In this document: positions 26,701-40,262 of the stretch, one piece after another | Layout: each line of letters begins with the position of its first letter | Numbering within the stretch: the first letter of the stretch is position 1 | NCBI GenBank assembly: GCA_973895155.1 | Contig: OZ316894.1 | Span: 2,744,457 to 2,808,456 of the forward strand | From: Marsupella aquatica | Lineage: Eukaryota > Plantae > Marchantiophyta | DNA length: 64,000 bases | Direction of reading: 5' to 3' | The notes under the pieces: model-generated | What the model saw: only the letters and a program-made list of their open reading frames with translations | Databases searched by the model: none | Told to the model about the DNA's origin: nothing | Program-made: the position numbers and the translations under genes

Positions 26701-27208
26701 GACACAAGGGAGACATTTCAGGATTTCTGACCTTGATGAGAAGAGGGGTAGAACTTTTGACTGTGGAGTTCAAGGGCAGTTCATGCAGGATTCACAAAGT
26801 AGCCGCCATGACACCAATGTCATCCGAGATGTGGTGCCTCACTATGGGAAGATAGAGGAGATCTTGATTGTATCCTATGATGCGGATACAAAATTTGAAG
26901 AGTATGTCTTCAAGTGTAAGTGGTTCAAAATTCACTTGGTTGGTGAGAATCGCACAGTACTTCTTGATGATTGTGGGTTTACTCGACTGAATACATCAGC
27001 AACTAGCTTTCAACCATCTCATTGGCAAACATCTGAACCGTTTACATTCCCAAGTCACCTTGAGCAGTGTTTCTATATTCCGTACCCACCAGACCCAGAG
27101 GAGTGGTCAGTTGTTATACCGTATGTGCCACGATCTCGTTCCATTATCTCAGAAAAACCTGAAGTTATTATTGTGTCAAACGGAGGAGAGGATGAGGACC
27201 AAGTTTGA
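22571..27208 (+). pseudogene. CACTA Tnp2/TnpD-type transposase; exons 22571-22804, 23919-25119, 25261-27208
   Basis: N-terminal CSCKKC..H zinc motif, IHACMNDC, RLGLASDG, NYNLPPW, HDYPG, LDPMHIEGN, KTHDYH, HLLVHL..GPV..RWMY..ER and KCKWF..EPF. It has an in-frame TAG at 24339 and a frameshift at ~25795. Confidence 0.93.
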
Positions 27209-27962
27209 TGCATCACTAGTAGTAAAACTTGTTGTGAGCGTATAATTGTGATTATATTAACTATCATGGTTTTATTTATATTTACCTATTTATTTTCTTC
27301 TTTTGTCTTACAAACACTTGGACTTTGAAATTTCATTTTACTGCTATACATGCAACCCTAGCCACTAGAAAATTTCTCCTCATGCATGCCACCTTTTTTA
27401 AATCCCTAGCTTATAACCTAAACACATGCATTCTCCATCTTCTAAATTTTTCTCTCAAAAATTTCCATTCTGAAAACTTTGCAAACAACTCTCTTTGTGA
27501 AACATTTTTTGAACCAGACAGGAAGGAATTTCTGAACCTCTTGTGAATCCAATTCCATCGGTACTTGTGATACAAATACGTTCTCAAACTTGCGACCAAA
27601 TTGGCTTCGGTACTTTGCGACCCACCGTTCTTCACAACACTTTCCGAACATAATAGGTTCACAAACCATTTGTGATAGTATTAGTCTCGCTAAATTATGA
27701 ACCAAAATGTATCCAAATACGGTCGCGATGGTCGCGGACTCACAAAGTCGTTGCGAGACAACTAGTATCTAAACGTGTTGCGAAGTCAATAACATCAAAA
27801 CTTAATTGCGATGTATGTAGCTTCACAACGTGAATGTGCGATGGTAAGAGCATGGGATATTGTGATGCGTGTTGCATCACAAAATATCTGAAGGTTCTAA
27901 CATCGCAAGGCCTTTTTGACTTCAAAAAACACCTTCGCAAAAGGGGCCGATATGTAGTAGTG

Positions 27963-30900
27963 ATACACCTGCCCAGATAAAGACTTTTGCTCTTGTGGCC
28001 AAATCGGATGACCATATCCCCTTCCATACTCTGCTCCAATCCTTTTCGCTGAGCGTCACCTGCCAGATAATGTTGAGTCGCTCCCAATCCGAGCCCTTGG
28101 GTCGCAGCATTTCATATACTCTCATGTTTGATAGACTAAAATGTCTCATCACTATTTCGGTATCGCTCCATCGCCACAGTCGCGGATCGGCATCTTGCTC
28201 ACCTGCTCCCACTATCATGCCACAAATCTTTGAATACAAGGACAAGCAAAGGGACCGTCTTGTATCATTTAGGCCCCTTAAACGTCGTAGCTTCCCCGAG
28301 ATATCCTTCCAGTCATTCAGCCTGATAGACCACAAGTCGCTTACCTTGCGAAGTCCCATTCTTCCATAGGTCCTGATTGTCTCCATAATGCTTTCCTCAG
28401 GCAATTGGTGAAAGCCTTGTAAACTCCTGACCAGGTCTTCAAATCCCCAATTACCCGAGATGACACCTGTATCAAGGTAGAGTATCAGGTGCGCTCTGGC
28501 CAGTTCCCATGCCTTCCAGAGTTGGCCAGTGTATGTTAATTTACCAAAGGAGCGTGGATTGCTCAATAGTAATTTATCCGTCAATGAGTAGCAATTCCTT
28601 CGCACCATCTTGTAGTTTCTCCATTTAGTCAACTGTAGATTGACTGCCAACATCTGTGCCCATTCCGAGTGAGGGTCATCAAGTGCTCATGAGAACCATT
28701 TACATAAAAGGGCATCAGAATGACTTCTGAACTCTTTTATGCCCAATCCTCCATCCAATTTAGGTCTAGCAATCTTCTCCCACGCCACCAGTGGGATCTT
28801 ATGTCCTCCAAGCGGATTGTTGCCCCATATGAAAGTCCTGTTAAGCTTGATAAGCTTCTTGGCCAGTGTTCCTGAAGATCATATAAACATCATATGATAT
28901 ATCGGAATTTCTTGTAAGACATGTTTAATCAGAAGTAGCTGCCCTATAAAGGAAAGAAATCGAGTTGACCAAGATGAAAGCCGAGCTCCAATACGGTCAA
29001 GACAGAAGTTATGCAGTTGGGACTCTAGCAGATCAACTCCGAATGGAGCGCCAAGGTATCGCTGAACAAATTCTTTCATGCTAATCGTACAGCCAGTAGC
29101 TTTAAGCCAATCAAGAATTTCATCCATAGCAAGAGGAATGATGATTGATTTCTTGAGATTGAGTTTAGCACCGGTAGTGCATTCATAGTAGTTTATAGCA
29201 CTTCTAGCTTGTTCAAAAGCTTTAGTTGTTGCAGGAATCAACAGTCCTAAGTCGTGAGCAAAAAGTCAAAAGCAGATCTAGAGTGATGAGTTGATTCGCA
29301 GACGTTGTAGCCTCCCTACGGCAATCTCTGCATTGCAAAAGTCCATGAAAGGTTGTGTTGAAATTGCAAAAAGTAGAGGGGAGAGTGGGCAGCCTTGCCT
29401 TACCCCACGTCTCATCTCAATATCTCCTGACCACAGGCCGTTCACCAGAGCTTTAGAACAACCGTTGCTGACTAAGGATTTAACCAGGAAAATGAAGCGG
29501 GATCCTATCCCCAACAGGTTCATGCTTTCCCAAATGTATGAATGATCCACCATGTCAAAAGCTTTCTCAAAATCTAACAGCAAGAAAAGCGTAGGAGTTT
29601 GCGTGATGCTGATCCAGTCGCTTGCAAGCCATGTGAGAGAAATATTTTCCAAGATATGCCTGCGAGGGATGAAGCCAGTTTGCTAAGGGCTAATCATTTT
29701 TGGCAGATAGATCTTCAAACGTACAGCTAAGAGCTTAGCTATAATCTTGTAGGTGGTAGTCAGCATTGTTAACCCTCTCCAGTCACCCAGTCTTCGTTTA
29801 TCCGTCTTCCTAGGGATAAACCGAATAACTCCATCTTTAATCCCAAAAGCCATATTGCCAAATCTCCAAAATTCACAAACCATCTCATGAAATTGCACTT
29901 TCATAAACTCCCAGCATCCTCGCAGGACCTCGGCAATAATTCCATCTACTCCGGGCGCCTTGTCACATGGGAGTAGAAGCAGCGTTTCATAGAGCTCTTG
30001 TTGAGTAGGCAACCTCTCCAATCTACAAATTTCGATAGCTGAGAGAGCAAAATGCGTGTTTTGGCATAATCTTCTCCTCGTAGCAAGATTCTCATTACGA
30101 ACCTCCACAGTAACGTCAAAAGGTGTATAAAGTCGCTCACAGTGCTGTTGCACCTCCCTAAGCACCATGTTCTCATCCCTGATCTCATTCTCGACTTGGT
30201 CAAGTGCAAGCTAGAGGGGTACCAAAGGAGTCCCCAAGGACTAGCTCAAAAAGGAGAGGGAAAGGACTAGAAATGTCATTAAGATTTAGTTGAGCACACT
30301 CCCAAAAAGGTTGGCCACACTTCCAAACAATTGGGGGCACTGCCAACAATGTTGTGCACACTTCCGAAAAGATTGGGCACGCTTCTAGAATTCCAAAACA
30401 TTTGGACACACTTCCAAACATTTGGCATGCATGATCTAACCTTTCAATCTCACCAAAACAATCCTGGCCATTCCATGTAACATTTTGGTCTTTTTGTCCT
30501 CTAGTGATTGCTTTAACCAAGGACCTATGTCCTTTTGGTGGAGAAAATGGAGATCCTTTCAGTACCCCTCTAGCTTGCACTTGACCGCTTCTCCAATCAG
30601 AAGTTCAATGTGTTCTCGCGCCCGTTTAGCCTTCACCATTGAGAAGTAAAACTTAGAGGGTTCATCCCCCTGCCCAAGCCATTTAATTCGTGCCAGCCTC
30701 CTGTTGTGATGTGCTTCTTCCAATTCCATTTCTCTTAAGCTCTGTTCAGTACTAGTGAACTCCTGTAATGTATCCTCAGTGTATTCCTCCATTATCACAA
30801 TTTTCAACAGATGAAGTTTTTCTCTTAGTCTCACCATCTCCTCATCCCAAGGGACCGGGGAAAATTGTAGATCAATGTAGCAGTGGCGGAGTCTCTGTAC

Positions 30901-31795
30901 TGCATCCGCAAATCTAAGGTGTGGGTTCTCTTCACTTCTAGATTTTGCTTTCCATGCAGTCTCCAAAGCATCTATATTCTCCCTTTTCCGAAGGATAGCA
31001 GGGTTTGCCTTAAAATAAGTAGCTCTATGCCCCCTTGATTTTGTAGAGTTCCAAGGGGTCATCCTGAACGTAAGGATGATAGGATCATGATCTGATAATT
31101 AAACCAGTATAGCCATCATGTTGCAACTCTATAATCTCTTCCATCCATTGCCCCTTTTCACTCAAGTAAAAGCGGTCTTATCTGGATTGTATCAGTCTAC
31201 CATTACGTACTCTTCTCCAGGTAAAGTTAGATCCAATTACCTGGCCCAAAATCTCCTGTGCATCTTGCAAGTCAAACCGCAACCTCAGGAGACGCCAAGT
31301 ATCTAGCTCTCGTCCTCAAATACAAGGGGAAGACCCCATAGAATCTTCCAATAACTCAGTCATATTGAAGCCCCCACAAATGATCTATTTCTCCCGAGGC
31401 AGAATATTCAGTAACTCATTCCACAGCAGGACACGCTCGGTCATTGTATTGGGAGCATAGATACTGATCAGCCCAAAACTTCCTTCTTCGTGTTGTAATT
31501 GTATCCAGACTGCTCTTCCTCGATCAAGAGTGCCCGATGCCTGCACCACAAAGGATGGATGTACCAAAATTGCAGTGCCTCCTTTCCCTTCATCAAGAAT
31601 CGCGTAGAAAACTTGGAATAAGGGTAGAATTACTCTCAGAGCATTGTTAAGTCTGAAAGTGTCTACCTTAACCTCCTGTAAGGCCAAAGCATCAATAGGG
31701 GGATGAAGAGAGGCTACCCATTTCTGGACAACTGTTTTTTGATCCAGATTGCAGAGGCCACTAACATTCCACGATGCAAAATTAAAAAGTTTCAT
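27963..31795 (-). pseudogene. LINE ORF2 (APE endonuclease and reverse transcriptase), disrupted
   Basis: SWNVSGL, LQEVK, IYAPN, GDEPSKFYF, KAPGVDG, WRGLTMLTTTYKIIAK, LDFEKAFD, GVRQGCPLSPLLF and RYLG; multiple stops and frameshifts. Confidence 0.93.
30198..30587. mobile_element. ~390-bp MITE inserted in LINE ORF2
   Basis: Perfect 25-bp TIR GGTCAAGTGCAAGCTAGAGGGGTAC (30198-30222 and 30562-30586). CTT flanks both sides. Removing the element restores LIGEVENEIRDENMVLREV. Confidence 0.92.
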
Positions 31796-33065
31796 TCTGA
31801 GATGACAAGCTTAATTCAGGTATCCCCATGTGTCGGGCCTTCTGTATTCCCAATCACCATTTAAGAGTGCTTACGTATGGAGCTCAAGGTAAGTCCTATT
31901 TGGGCCCAGTATGGGATCGCAAATAAGAGCCCGAGCAAGATCTTCCTTCTCCCGAGGAATCAGTGTCTCCTCTGATACCAATTCAGTAGGACTACCTAGG
32001 CGTCGACGTTGTTCTCCAATCGACTTCTTCTCAGGTGTTGTCCATCCATCAGCATCCTGCATCTTGGCATCCGAGGCAAAGTGTAAGGAACGTTGGTTCT
32101 TAGCTTTCTTTTTCCCCTTCTCTTTCTTCTTTTCCTCAGGCGGTGACCTCCTTGCCAGCTTCCTTACCCGGTCTCTCTTGATTTCCATTCTTGAGATGTC
32201 ACTAGTAGAAACCGGGGGGTATTTAGACCCCATTAAACAACTATTCAGTACCGTATAGGACTTGGAAACGGTTGGGAAGGACTCCAGTCCTTTATAGGAC
32301 TATGAGTCGTATGTTTTGTTACTATAATCAACTGAGTCCTTTATAGAACTGGTTTATAAGTCGTTTTATAGACTGGATTTTCAGTCTATTGTAGTCTTTG
32401 TGTGGGTAGGTTTGGTGAGTCTTTTTCAGTCTTTTATGGGCTGCGATGGTGAGTCATTGGGAACGACTCAAAAGGTTATGGAGGGTAGTCTTTAAGTATA
32501 CTTTGTGGGTTTATAAAACGACTAAAGTAGACAATTTGTGGGGTATGTACAAGTCTTTCATGTCAACTGGAAATGAGTGATGAAGACCCCACTATACTAC
32601 TTGGAATGAACTCACTCTTGTGCACAAATAACACATTCCATTCATGTTTTATTGTGTACTTGGAATGAACTCACTCTATAAGGTCCCCATTCACCATGTT
32701 AACATTAGAACCTCACACAAATTTTCAGAAAGCCATCTTCTATACCATGTACACTAATATGAATTCACAGATTCAAACATCATAGACTACAAAGAAGGTC
32801 AATGTGCATTCGTCTATACCATACACACTAATCCTGAAATGATACAAAACAGATTCAAGTATCATAGACAATCACCATAGAGCCATAGTTTGACATCAAT
32901 CACTTGTTTCATATATACAGAATTCAGAAATATCAATGTCACACACAACGGCTCCTTCATCCTCTTTACCAAATGGAAAAATTGGTACAGATATTTCTTG
33001 GATCTTTCCAAGGCAATGTCAAAATGTAACACAATTCACATGATTCTATCTACACTTGCATTCAA

Positions 33066-36000
33066 TCACTGCAGACTAACACACTCTGATGGCCAGAGCA
33101 CAAGAGATCCTACTGCATCTGCAATTATTTCCTGAGGTGGATCATCGTCTCTATTCGGAAATGGCAAATTACAATCAGATACAATCACTGTAGTCAACAA
33201 CACTACTACATGGTCATCCGGGACCACTTTGCCATGGAATTTAGCATGATCCGGTCGCAAAATGCCTGTACCCACACATACCTGCGAGTCATCCTCCCAT
33301 GATAGAAGATTATGGACAGGCTCTGCTGTGGCTATCACCTCCACCTTACCCTGGCTATTTTTCTTGGCTTTCCTGGGTGGCTTATACATGACATTATTCA
33401 TACCTTGGTTGCGAGTCATGACTTTGGCACGAGTGTTTTGTGCTGGTGATCGAGAATTGGCTACACTCTTCTTCAAAGAATCTGCATCCATATTTGACAC
33501 TTCCGATTGTATAGCAGGATTTCCCTGCGACATCATCTCAGTATCTGCCAACATTGTACTTGCTTCAATTGAAACATCTACAATCTTACTTGCATCCAAT
33601 GTTGCTCCCAAGTTTCGAAGTCGCTTCACCCTGCTCCCACTTGGTTGAGAGTCTGTCAACTCTGCATCAACTACAATTCAGTGCATTGTCCAACATAAGT
33701 GAATCACTCATCACATGTGCGCCATGTACATGTCACCAACCACAAAGTTGTCACTATCTCCTTACCATTATGAACAGCCTTCTTCCCCTTCTTTGCCATT
33801 GCCATATCCTCCATGCCTGCTTCTGCTGATCAATAAACACACCACAATATTCAGGTTTAATCTATTAACCACTGAATTGTTTCTCAACAATGGTAGGAGA
33901 GGAATTTAAAGCATCAGCTTACCTGATACCTCCTTGGCTATGGTCACTGAGGCACTGGGCACATCTTTTTCATTGCTCTTTGAATCACCTGATACATCAA
34001 TCATGATGTCACTTCAGATCCCAGTTGATCCAACCAGGTCTTACAGAAAAGATTACCTCCAACCGGCTTAAGCTTCACAAAACTCCATGCACTTTTCAAA
34101 TATAATGTACTGGATCATAGCAGGTTACCTGTCTCAGCAACCTTTTTGCCATTCTGCTTACTGATTACAGGGTCCTTCTCTGCCTCCACTCTTCCTGCAT
34201 TCAAACCATTCATTCAATTCATGAAAACTTACTTCTAACATTTGAACATAGGACACAATGAACAATGGGCCGGTGTCATTTCCATACCTGTGTCAGATTT
34301 GCCAATTCCCTTTTTTGTTAACAAGGGCACACTTTGTACAATGTTGCCCTCATTGTTTGGTTGGGAACCACCCAATTTTTCAATCACAAGCTTGAAATTA
34401 GATTCCACTGATGCAAGAAGGTTCGCTACAGATGCCTCCACAATATCCAAACGATCAGCCAATTTACTTTTCACTCGAGGGAGTCCACACTCTAATGACT
34501 TCAACCGTTCACACATCTATGTGAGAGTTGTAACAGTTCCCTGTCATAACATAGCTTACATATCTCAGATAATTGTCCCCAAGAACTGGTTGCTTACTTC
34601 CTACTACAATTCTTTCTGATGCTCAAGGCCAAATAGTCACAAAACATACAGAATTACAACATAATCACCTGTTTGGAAGTCACACTTGTCACCTCACTCC
34701 TTTGTTTCATGAACTCCTCTCTCACTTCTTGTGCTGATGGTTCTTCACCTGTCAATTTCTTCTGCAATCCACATCAATATACATATGAATGAAACCAAGT
34801 GTTGATTGTCAATGAAAATGTAATAATGGTAGCAAGATGATAAGTTTGAGGCTTACTATCAGGCCTTCATTGGAGCATAACTTCCTCTCCCAGCCTGTGA
34901 CAGGTGTTTCACTTTGTCTCGAGCATTTGACATCAGTTCATTTTTGCTCTGTCCAGCCTTTGACATGAACCCTTTGATTAACCGTGTCCATTGATCCAAT
35001 TCCAATGATGGGGGTGGTGGCATTGTCCTATTAGAACCATTGTCTATCCACATCCTTTTCAACCTATGCCTCTCTTGTTTCAAAATCCTCATTGCATAAT
35101 CTGATATGCAATCTTCAACTGGGCCCTTACCATCATTACCAACATAGTCCCACCGTTCAAGAATGTCCTTGCAGATAGCAGCCCAATCAGCTTTGTTCTG
35201 ACTCCTAAACTCTGTAATGCTCAAATCTAACCAACGCAATACTTCTCCTCTTAGGTCAGAATGCCAACGGTTCTTACCATCACATGTGGGAGTTATCCAA
35301 CCATCGGAATTCACTTCTACTTTACCAAATTTGTTACTGTCTCCTGCCTTGGTACTCCCTGAAGCGCTACTAGGTGTCCCTCCATGGCCTGGTGTCCCCC
35401 CACGGCCTGGGGTCCCTCCACGGCCTGATCTCCCCCCACGGCCTGGATTGCATTGTCCAAACCTCCCTGGAGTCCCTGCACATTTACAGGATCCATTAGG
35501 TAAGTATGAATCATAAATGCTGCTGCCAAATATACACTGGACTTCAGAGCAATTCTGCAATGACCAAGTTACCTCTCCCTTGGCGCATAGATGGTTCTGG
35601 ACCACCTGTCCTATTGCTTTGTCTTGATGAATTAGGGCCGTTTCTCCCGCCTGTGAATGATTGCCTCCTATTTGAACGTGGATGGCCTTTGTTGTTTTTG
35701 TGATTGTCCCAATCAGAGTCTGCATACCAACAGGTACATGCCACACTCATGGACCTGTAAGATAAACTCTTTGCCCTAGCTACACATCAGATAAGTCCAT
35801 ATTGAGCTAAATCTCTACTACCATCACAAAATCACTAGCACAAGGCACTTACTTGTCCAATCATCCTCCTCACCTTTCCATTGCCCTCTGTACCCGTCTC
35901 TACCACGCTCTGGGTGTTCATATTCATCCCATCCATCTTCTGCTCCATCATAGTCATCATCATAATTATCAGGCGTCCCTTGCCAATAACTCTGGCTCCT

Positions 36001-36190
36001 TCTAGGGTATGGATTATGTGATTTCTCTCTAGCTGCCCACCTACCTGGGACTTGATGAGGGCCCTGTGCATCCTGCACAGGTGCATTTTTCTGTGAGCCC
36101 CCTGCAGCTGGGCTCCATCCATATCCAATCTTTCCTCTTCACCCCACTCTCCAAGCCCCATGTCTGTCTCCATGTCATCACCCTCTTCCC
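33066..36190 (-). pseudogene. Multi-exon TnpA-like gene of CACTA-2 (exon structure not fully resolved)
   Basis: Ptta-like segment WTRLIKGF..NARDKVKHLSQAGRGSY, GTPGRGG repeats, and a C-terminal Tnp1/EnSpm-like domain FHGKVVPDDHVVV..LPFPN..AVGSLVLWP. Confidence 0.7.
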
Positions 36191-36371
36191 CCATAGCTTT
36201 TGCAGAGCACCCACAACCAAACAGGGAGAATCAACACACTAAATTCAAAGTATCAATCAATTTCATGCATATCCAACTATCCTAAACATCATTCCAGGCA
36301 GCAATTCCCGTTCTGTGACTCTGTGCAGGTAGTCATCCTCAACCTCATACTTGCCAATCGCCAGCTGTTGC

Positions 36372-37984
36372 CTATTGCAAATCATCAACCTCATCATATT
36401 CCATTTGCCCAGGTTCATCATGTGTCTCTCTCAATGTTAAGGGGATGTAGTCAGTCCCTGCCCGAGTTGGAAGTACAGTCTCATGACTAGGATGCTCGAA
36501 TGCAGCATGGTCATCCAAACTGAACTCTACTTTACTTCCATCCATCCGCCTATTCCGTGCTTGGCTATGGCATACCACCCTCCAGCCATGTGACTCCTCC
36601 ACATCTGGAAAGAAAGCCTGTTCAACTTGGCTAGGGAAAACAAAAGGCTCAGACCATTCTGGTACTCTGGACCTAAAATTGGCCAACAAGAACCCATCAT
36701 GATCACGCTTGATGGTGGCCCTTGGTCTCTGCCACTTTGATTTCACCCATGATTCCTTCATCAATATCACTGGGACACTTGTGTTACCATAATTCAACAC
36801 CCAAATGTTGGTCAACTCCCCCACGTAACCCATCTTCATCCACCCCCTCTGTTCTTCAGAGGTTCTCTGCTCAAACACAGAAATCAAACCACAATCATAT
36901 GATACACAATGGTCACCCTGCTCATCCCTCACTCGATAATGATTTCCATAAGCTCTCATCCGTTTGTAGGTCAGAATAGACAATCGTGGTGGCACAGATA
37001 GAAGATACAAATCCTTCTTCATATCTGGGTGATGTCTACTATGCTCTCAAATTGTCACCCGAATCCACTGCTCGAACTGTGGGAAGGGATCCTGCTGCCC
37101 AGAGTGTGCAGCTTTTTGCATATCATATTCCCTGCAATATGAGGTACAAGCATAGTTAGGTCTAAACAACACATGACAACCTAAGATCACCCTTGGAACA
37201 AACAAGAAGCATCACAACAAAGGCAAGTCAATTCAATCACTCACCTCCACCATGGTTGCATAGGCTCTATGTTTGCCAGCACATATGAATGAGCCTTGTC
37301 TCGAATCACAACAGGCAGCTGAACAGCACGTCCCACACCTTCAACAACCTCGCCACTCACTCCATCATCTTCACCAGATTTCCAAACTCTTGTCATAGCT
37401 TCACCAGACCCAGCCATGTACTCTGTTAGGAATCCCAACGTCTCATCCTTAATGTACCCCAATGCCATGGAAGCCTCTGGCCTGTAGTATGTTCTCACAT
37501 GACCTTTTAACAACTTCATGTATCGCTCCATAGGGTACATCCATCTGGTACTGACTGGCCCATACTGCCCTAGCTCTTCTACCACATGGATTAGGAGATG
37601 AGTCATAACATCAAAGAAAGCAGGGGGAAGTATATCTCCAAGTCACAGAGGACATAAGCAGCATCCTGCTTCAACTGCTCCAATCCTTGGGGATCCCACA
37701 CTTTCACACATATATGGCGAAATACATTGCACAGTCGAAGAATGACATTACAGACTGGTTTCTGCATGAGACCTCTGAGGCATAGGGGCAGAATATGCTG
37801 CATCAACACATGGTAGTCATGTGTTTTCATACTGCCAAGTTTATTCTTTGTAATATACTTCTTGAAGGCACCAGCATAGCTAGAGGGCACTTTCAGACAG
37901 CTCAATCTATACAAGAATGTCTTCCATTCTTCCTGTGTGCACACATACTTAGGGAGCTTGGAACTTGAGAAGTACATTGGGATT
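36372..37984 (-). pseudogene. CACTA-2 transposase, C-terminal half
   Basis: MKTHDYHVLMQHILP, MTHLLIHVVEE..GPVSTRWMYPMERYMK and EPFVFPSQVEQAF; frameshift at ~37605; intron 37244-37132. Confidence 0.92.
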
Positions 37985-40262
37985 TGTGATGCCTAGACAG
38001 GAATCACTCGACCAGTTAAGTGGGTAAAGCAGGAAGGCACCCTAGGAACACCTTAGTATAGGGACAAAACAAGGAAAATATAAACAATTAGGGGCAACCA
38101 TGGAACCCGGGCCGAGGCCGGAGGTAAGGATGCTGAGGGTGAAAACTCGATTAGGGTTAGGGTTAGGGCGCGTTAAGCGTCGGCGGCTAGGAAGGATCAA
38201 CGGGAAGAAGGACCAGCAGAGGAGAGGGGTAAGGAGCGCTTGCAGGAGATGGTGGCTCATTTGCGAGCATGAACTAGGCAGACGACTACGGGAGGCCAAC
38301 TACTGTCAGCTGCTTAGGCAAGCACTCGGGGAGAGAGTAGATACCGACGATCGACCTAAGGAGGGTATGAGCAACGTCAATCAAGCGGCACATTTCTGGG
38401 GATGCCTGTTCGAACGGGCAACTGAGTACATCAAGACTTACGAGGACGAGGAATCAGAAAGGGCAGCTCGAGAACGGCAGGAGCTCGCTCGATTGTGGGA
38501 GCTGCAAAAGACGGCTTTCTTAGGAGGCGAATCATCAAGGACGAGTTCCTGTGGACGCCTACTTCCAATCAACTCGACCATCTTCTGTTTTGCAAAGACA
38601 GCGTCGTCGGCATCCGAGAGGCCATCAAGAACTGCAACGACATACACTGGGAATTAAAGGGTAGCACGGAAAGGTGGACCCAGGCAACGGTGCTAGGAGA
38701 AACCTCCACGGTAGCAGAGATGAAGAGGAAGGGAGCCGTCAATGATGAAGCCACCCCGACAAAAAGAACGAGGTCGGCGGCACCAAAGAAGCCAGCCGAG
38801 CAATAGAGCAGGAGGCAGGGAGAAGCCGAAGAGGAGGAGGTCGATCCCATCAAGGCCATTCCAACCAGGGATGACACCTGGAAGGGCTGGGCGGCAACCC
38901 TACCGGTGGAGGTGCAACTACATTTTGCATGGGAGGAGGATGCATGCTTTACGGCCATGCAGACCAAGAAGTACCAAGGCTTCATGGCCGGATCCGGCTT
39001 AGAGGCCTTTGTAAGATTACCATGGCTGAAGCCGGAGGTACCGGAGTCAGACCTATTAGAATTCGTGGGGTCATGGGAACCCGAGACCAATTGCACGAGG
39101 ATATATGGGAAGAATTTCTATCTTACTCCCAAAGTAATTGCCGAAGTGTTTGGCTTGCCGATAGGCAATAAGACCAAAGTTGATACCAGGAAGACCTTGC
39201 CTGACAAGGAGTTCCGGTCGTTCCCCGGGCCATCAACGAAGAATGGCTTCTTCCGGAACACCTGCACCAACCCGCACATAGGAGAGATGATCGACTTCTT
39301 GCGGGTGACCATGCATTGTAACTTGCCGAGGGCAGAGATCGGCAAGGCACAGGTCTATCTGGCAGAGAGGCCAGACCCAAGCCGGGACTACAACGGGTAC
39401 CTCCTCAACCAATTGAAGAAGATCTTAAAGGAGGAGCAGTAGGTAATCGGCATGGGGAGCGTGTCGCGGCTTGGCTATCACATGCCGCTGTTGTGCCGGT
39501 ATGCCAGAGGTCAGACTTTTGCCCCAGTACTTCCCCTGCAGGTAAGGGCACCCGAGGAAGCTCCAACGCCGAGGCCATTGGCTGAGAAGCCTCAACCACC
39601 TGTTAGCCCTACGATCGAGCAGGTGTTTAGGCCCAGGAAGGAGGACTTGCCGATGCAGCAACCAGGCATGCAGAGTCTGCTGAAACTACTGGAGAAAGAA
39701 AAGAGATCGGCATCGGCAACGACTACGGCAACGACAACAATGCAGGACACTACTACAGAGGTAGGCCTACACCGGCTCACAAGAGAAAACCCCTTTGCTG
39801 GAGACAAGGAGAGAATCAGGCCGGAATCCAAGCCAGGTGTTCGAATGTATGTGGGAGTCTCAAGCTCCGAATCTGAGGCAGAATTGCCTGAAGCTCCTAC
39901 CGACGAAGAGGAGAGGGAGAAGCCGGACGTCCAAGAAGTAGAGGAGGCAGTGGAGGACTGCAGCCATGATAATTCCGGCTATGGGTCGGACCATCACGTT
40001 CCAGGAGTAAGGACCTGTGGCCGGTTTGTCCCCACACTTCCAAGGGTAGTGCGAGGGGACCCCAACCAGCAGGGTAGCCCTGAGTCTCCCCCACCAGATG
40101 TTGCTCCCCCGAGCTTTGACGGCATAAAACAGACGGTGCAGGAATTTCAGGAGCGAATCAGGCAGGAAGAGGAGGCAGCCCTGGCTAGGGAAAAGGATTT
40201 ACCAGGAGGAGATTGGCCGGAGGACATCAGGCGGCTAGCCGAAAAAGGAAGCAAATACCCCC
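37985..40262 (+). mobile_element. Truncated LTR (same family as 42447-46118) with disrupted ORFs; right boundary approximate
   Basis: Begins TGTGATGCCTAG and is colinear with the reverse complement of 46118-44575. Confidence 0.8.

Larger units (their letters stand above)
17896..27962 (+). mobile_element. Full-length CACTA (En/Spm) transposon, 10,067 bp
   Basis: Left TIR CACTACTACACTATTGGCCCCTTTTGCGAA; right end TTCGCAAAAGGGGCCGATATGTAGTAGTG; 3-bp TSD ATA (17893-17895 and 27963-27965); TCGCAA/TTGCGA subterminal repeats; internal Tnp2-family transposase. Confidence 0.97.
32200..37984 (-). mobile_element. Second CACTA element, 5' part missing or interrupted
   Basis: Terminus CACTAGTAGAAACCGGGGGGTATT at 32200, GAGTC/GACT-type subterminal repeats at ~32250-32560, and internal CACTA genes. 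The element is cut at 37985 by an LTR end. Confidence 0.88.
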
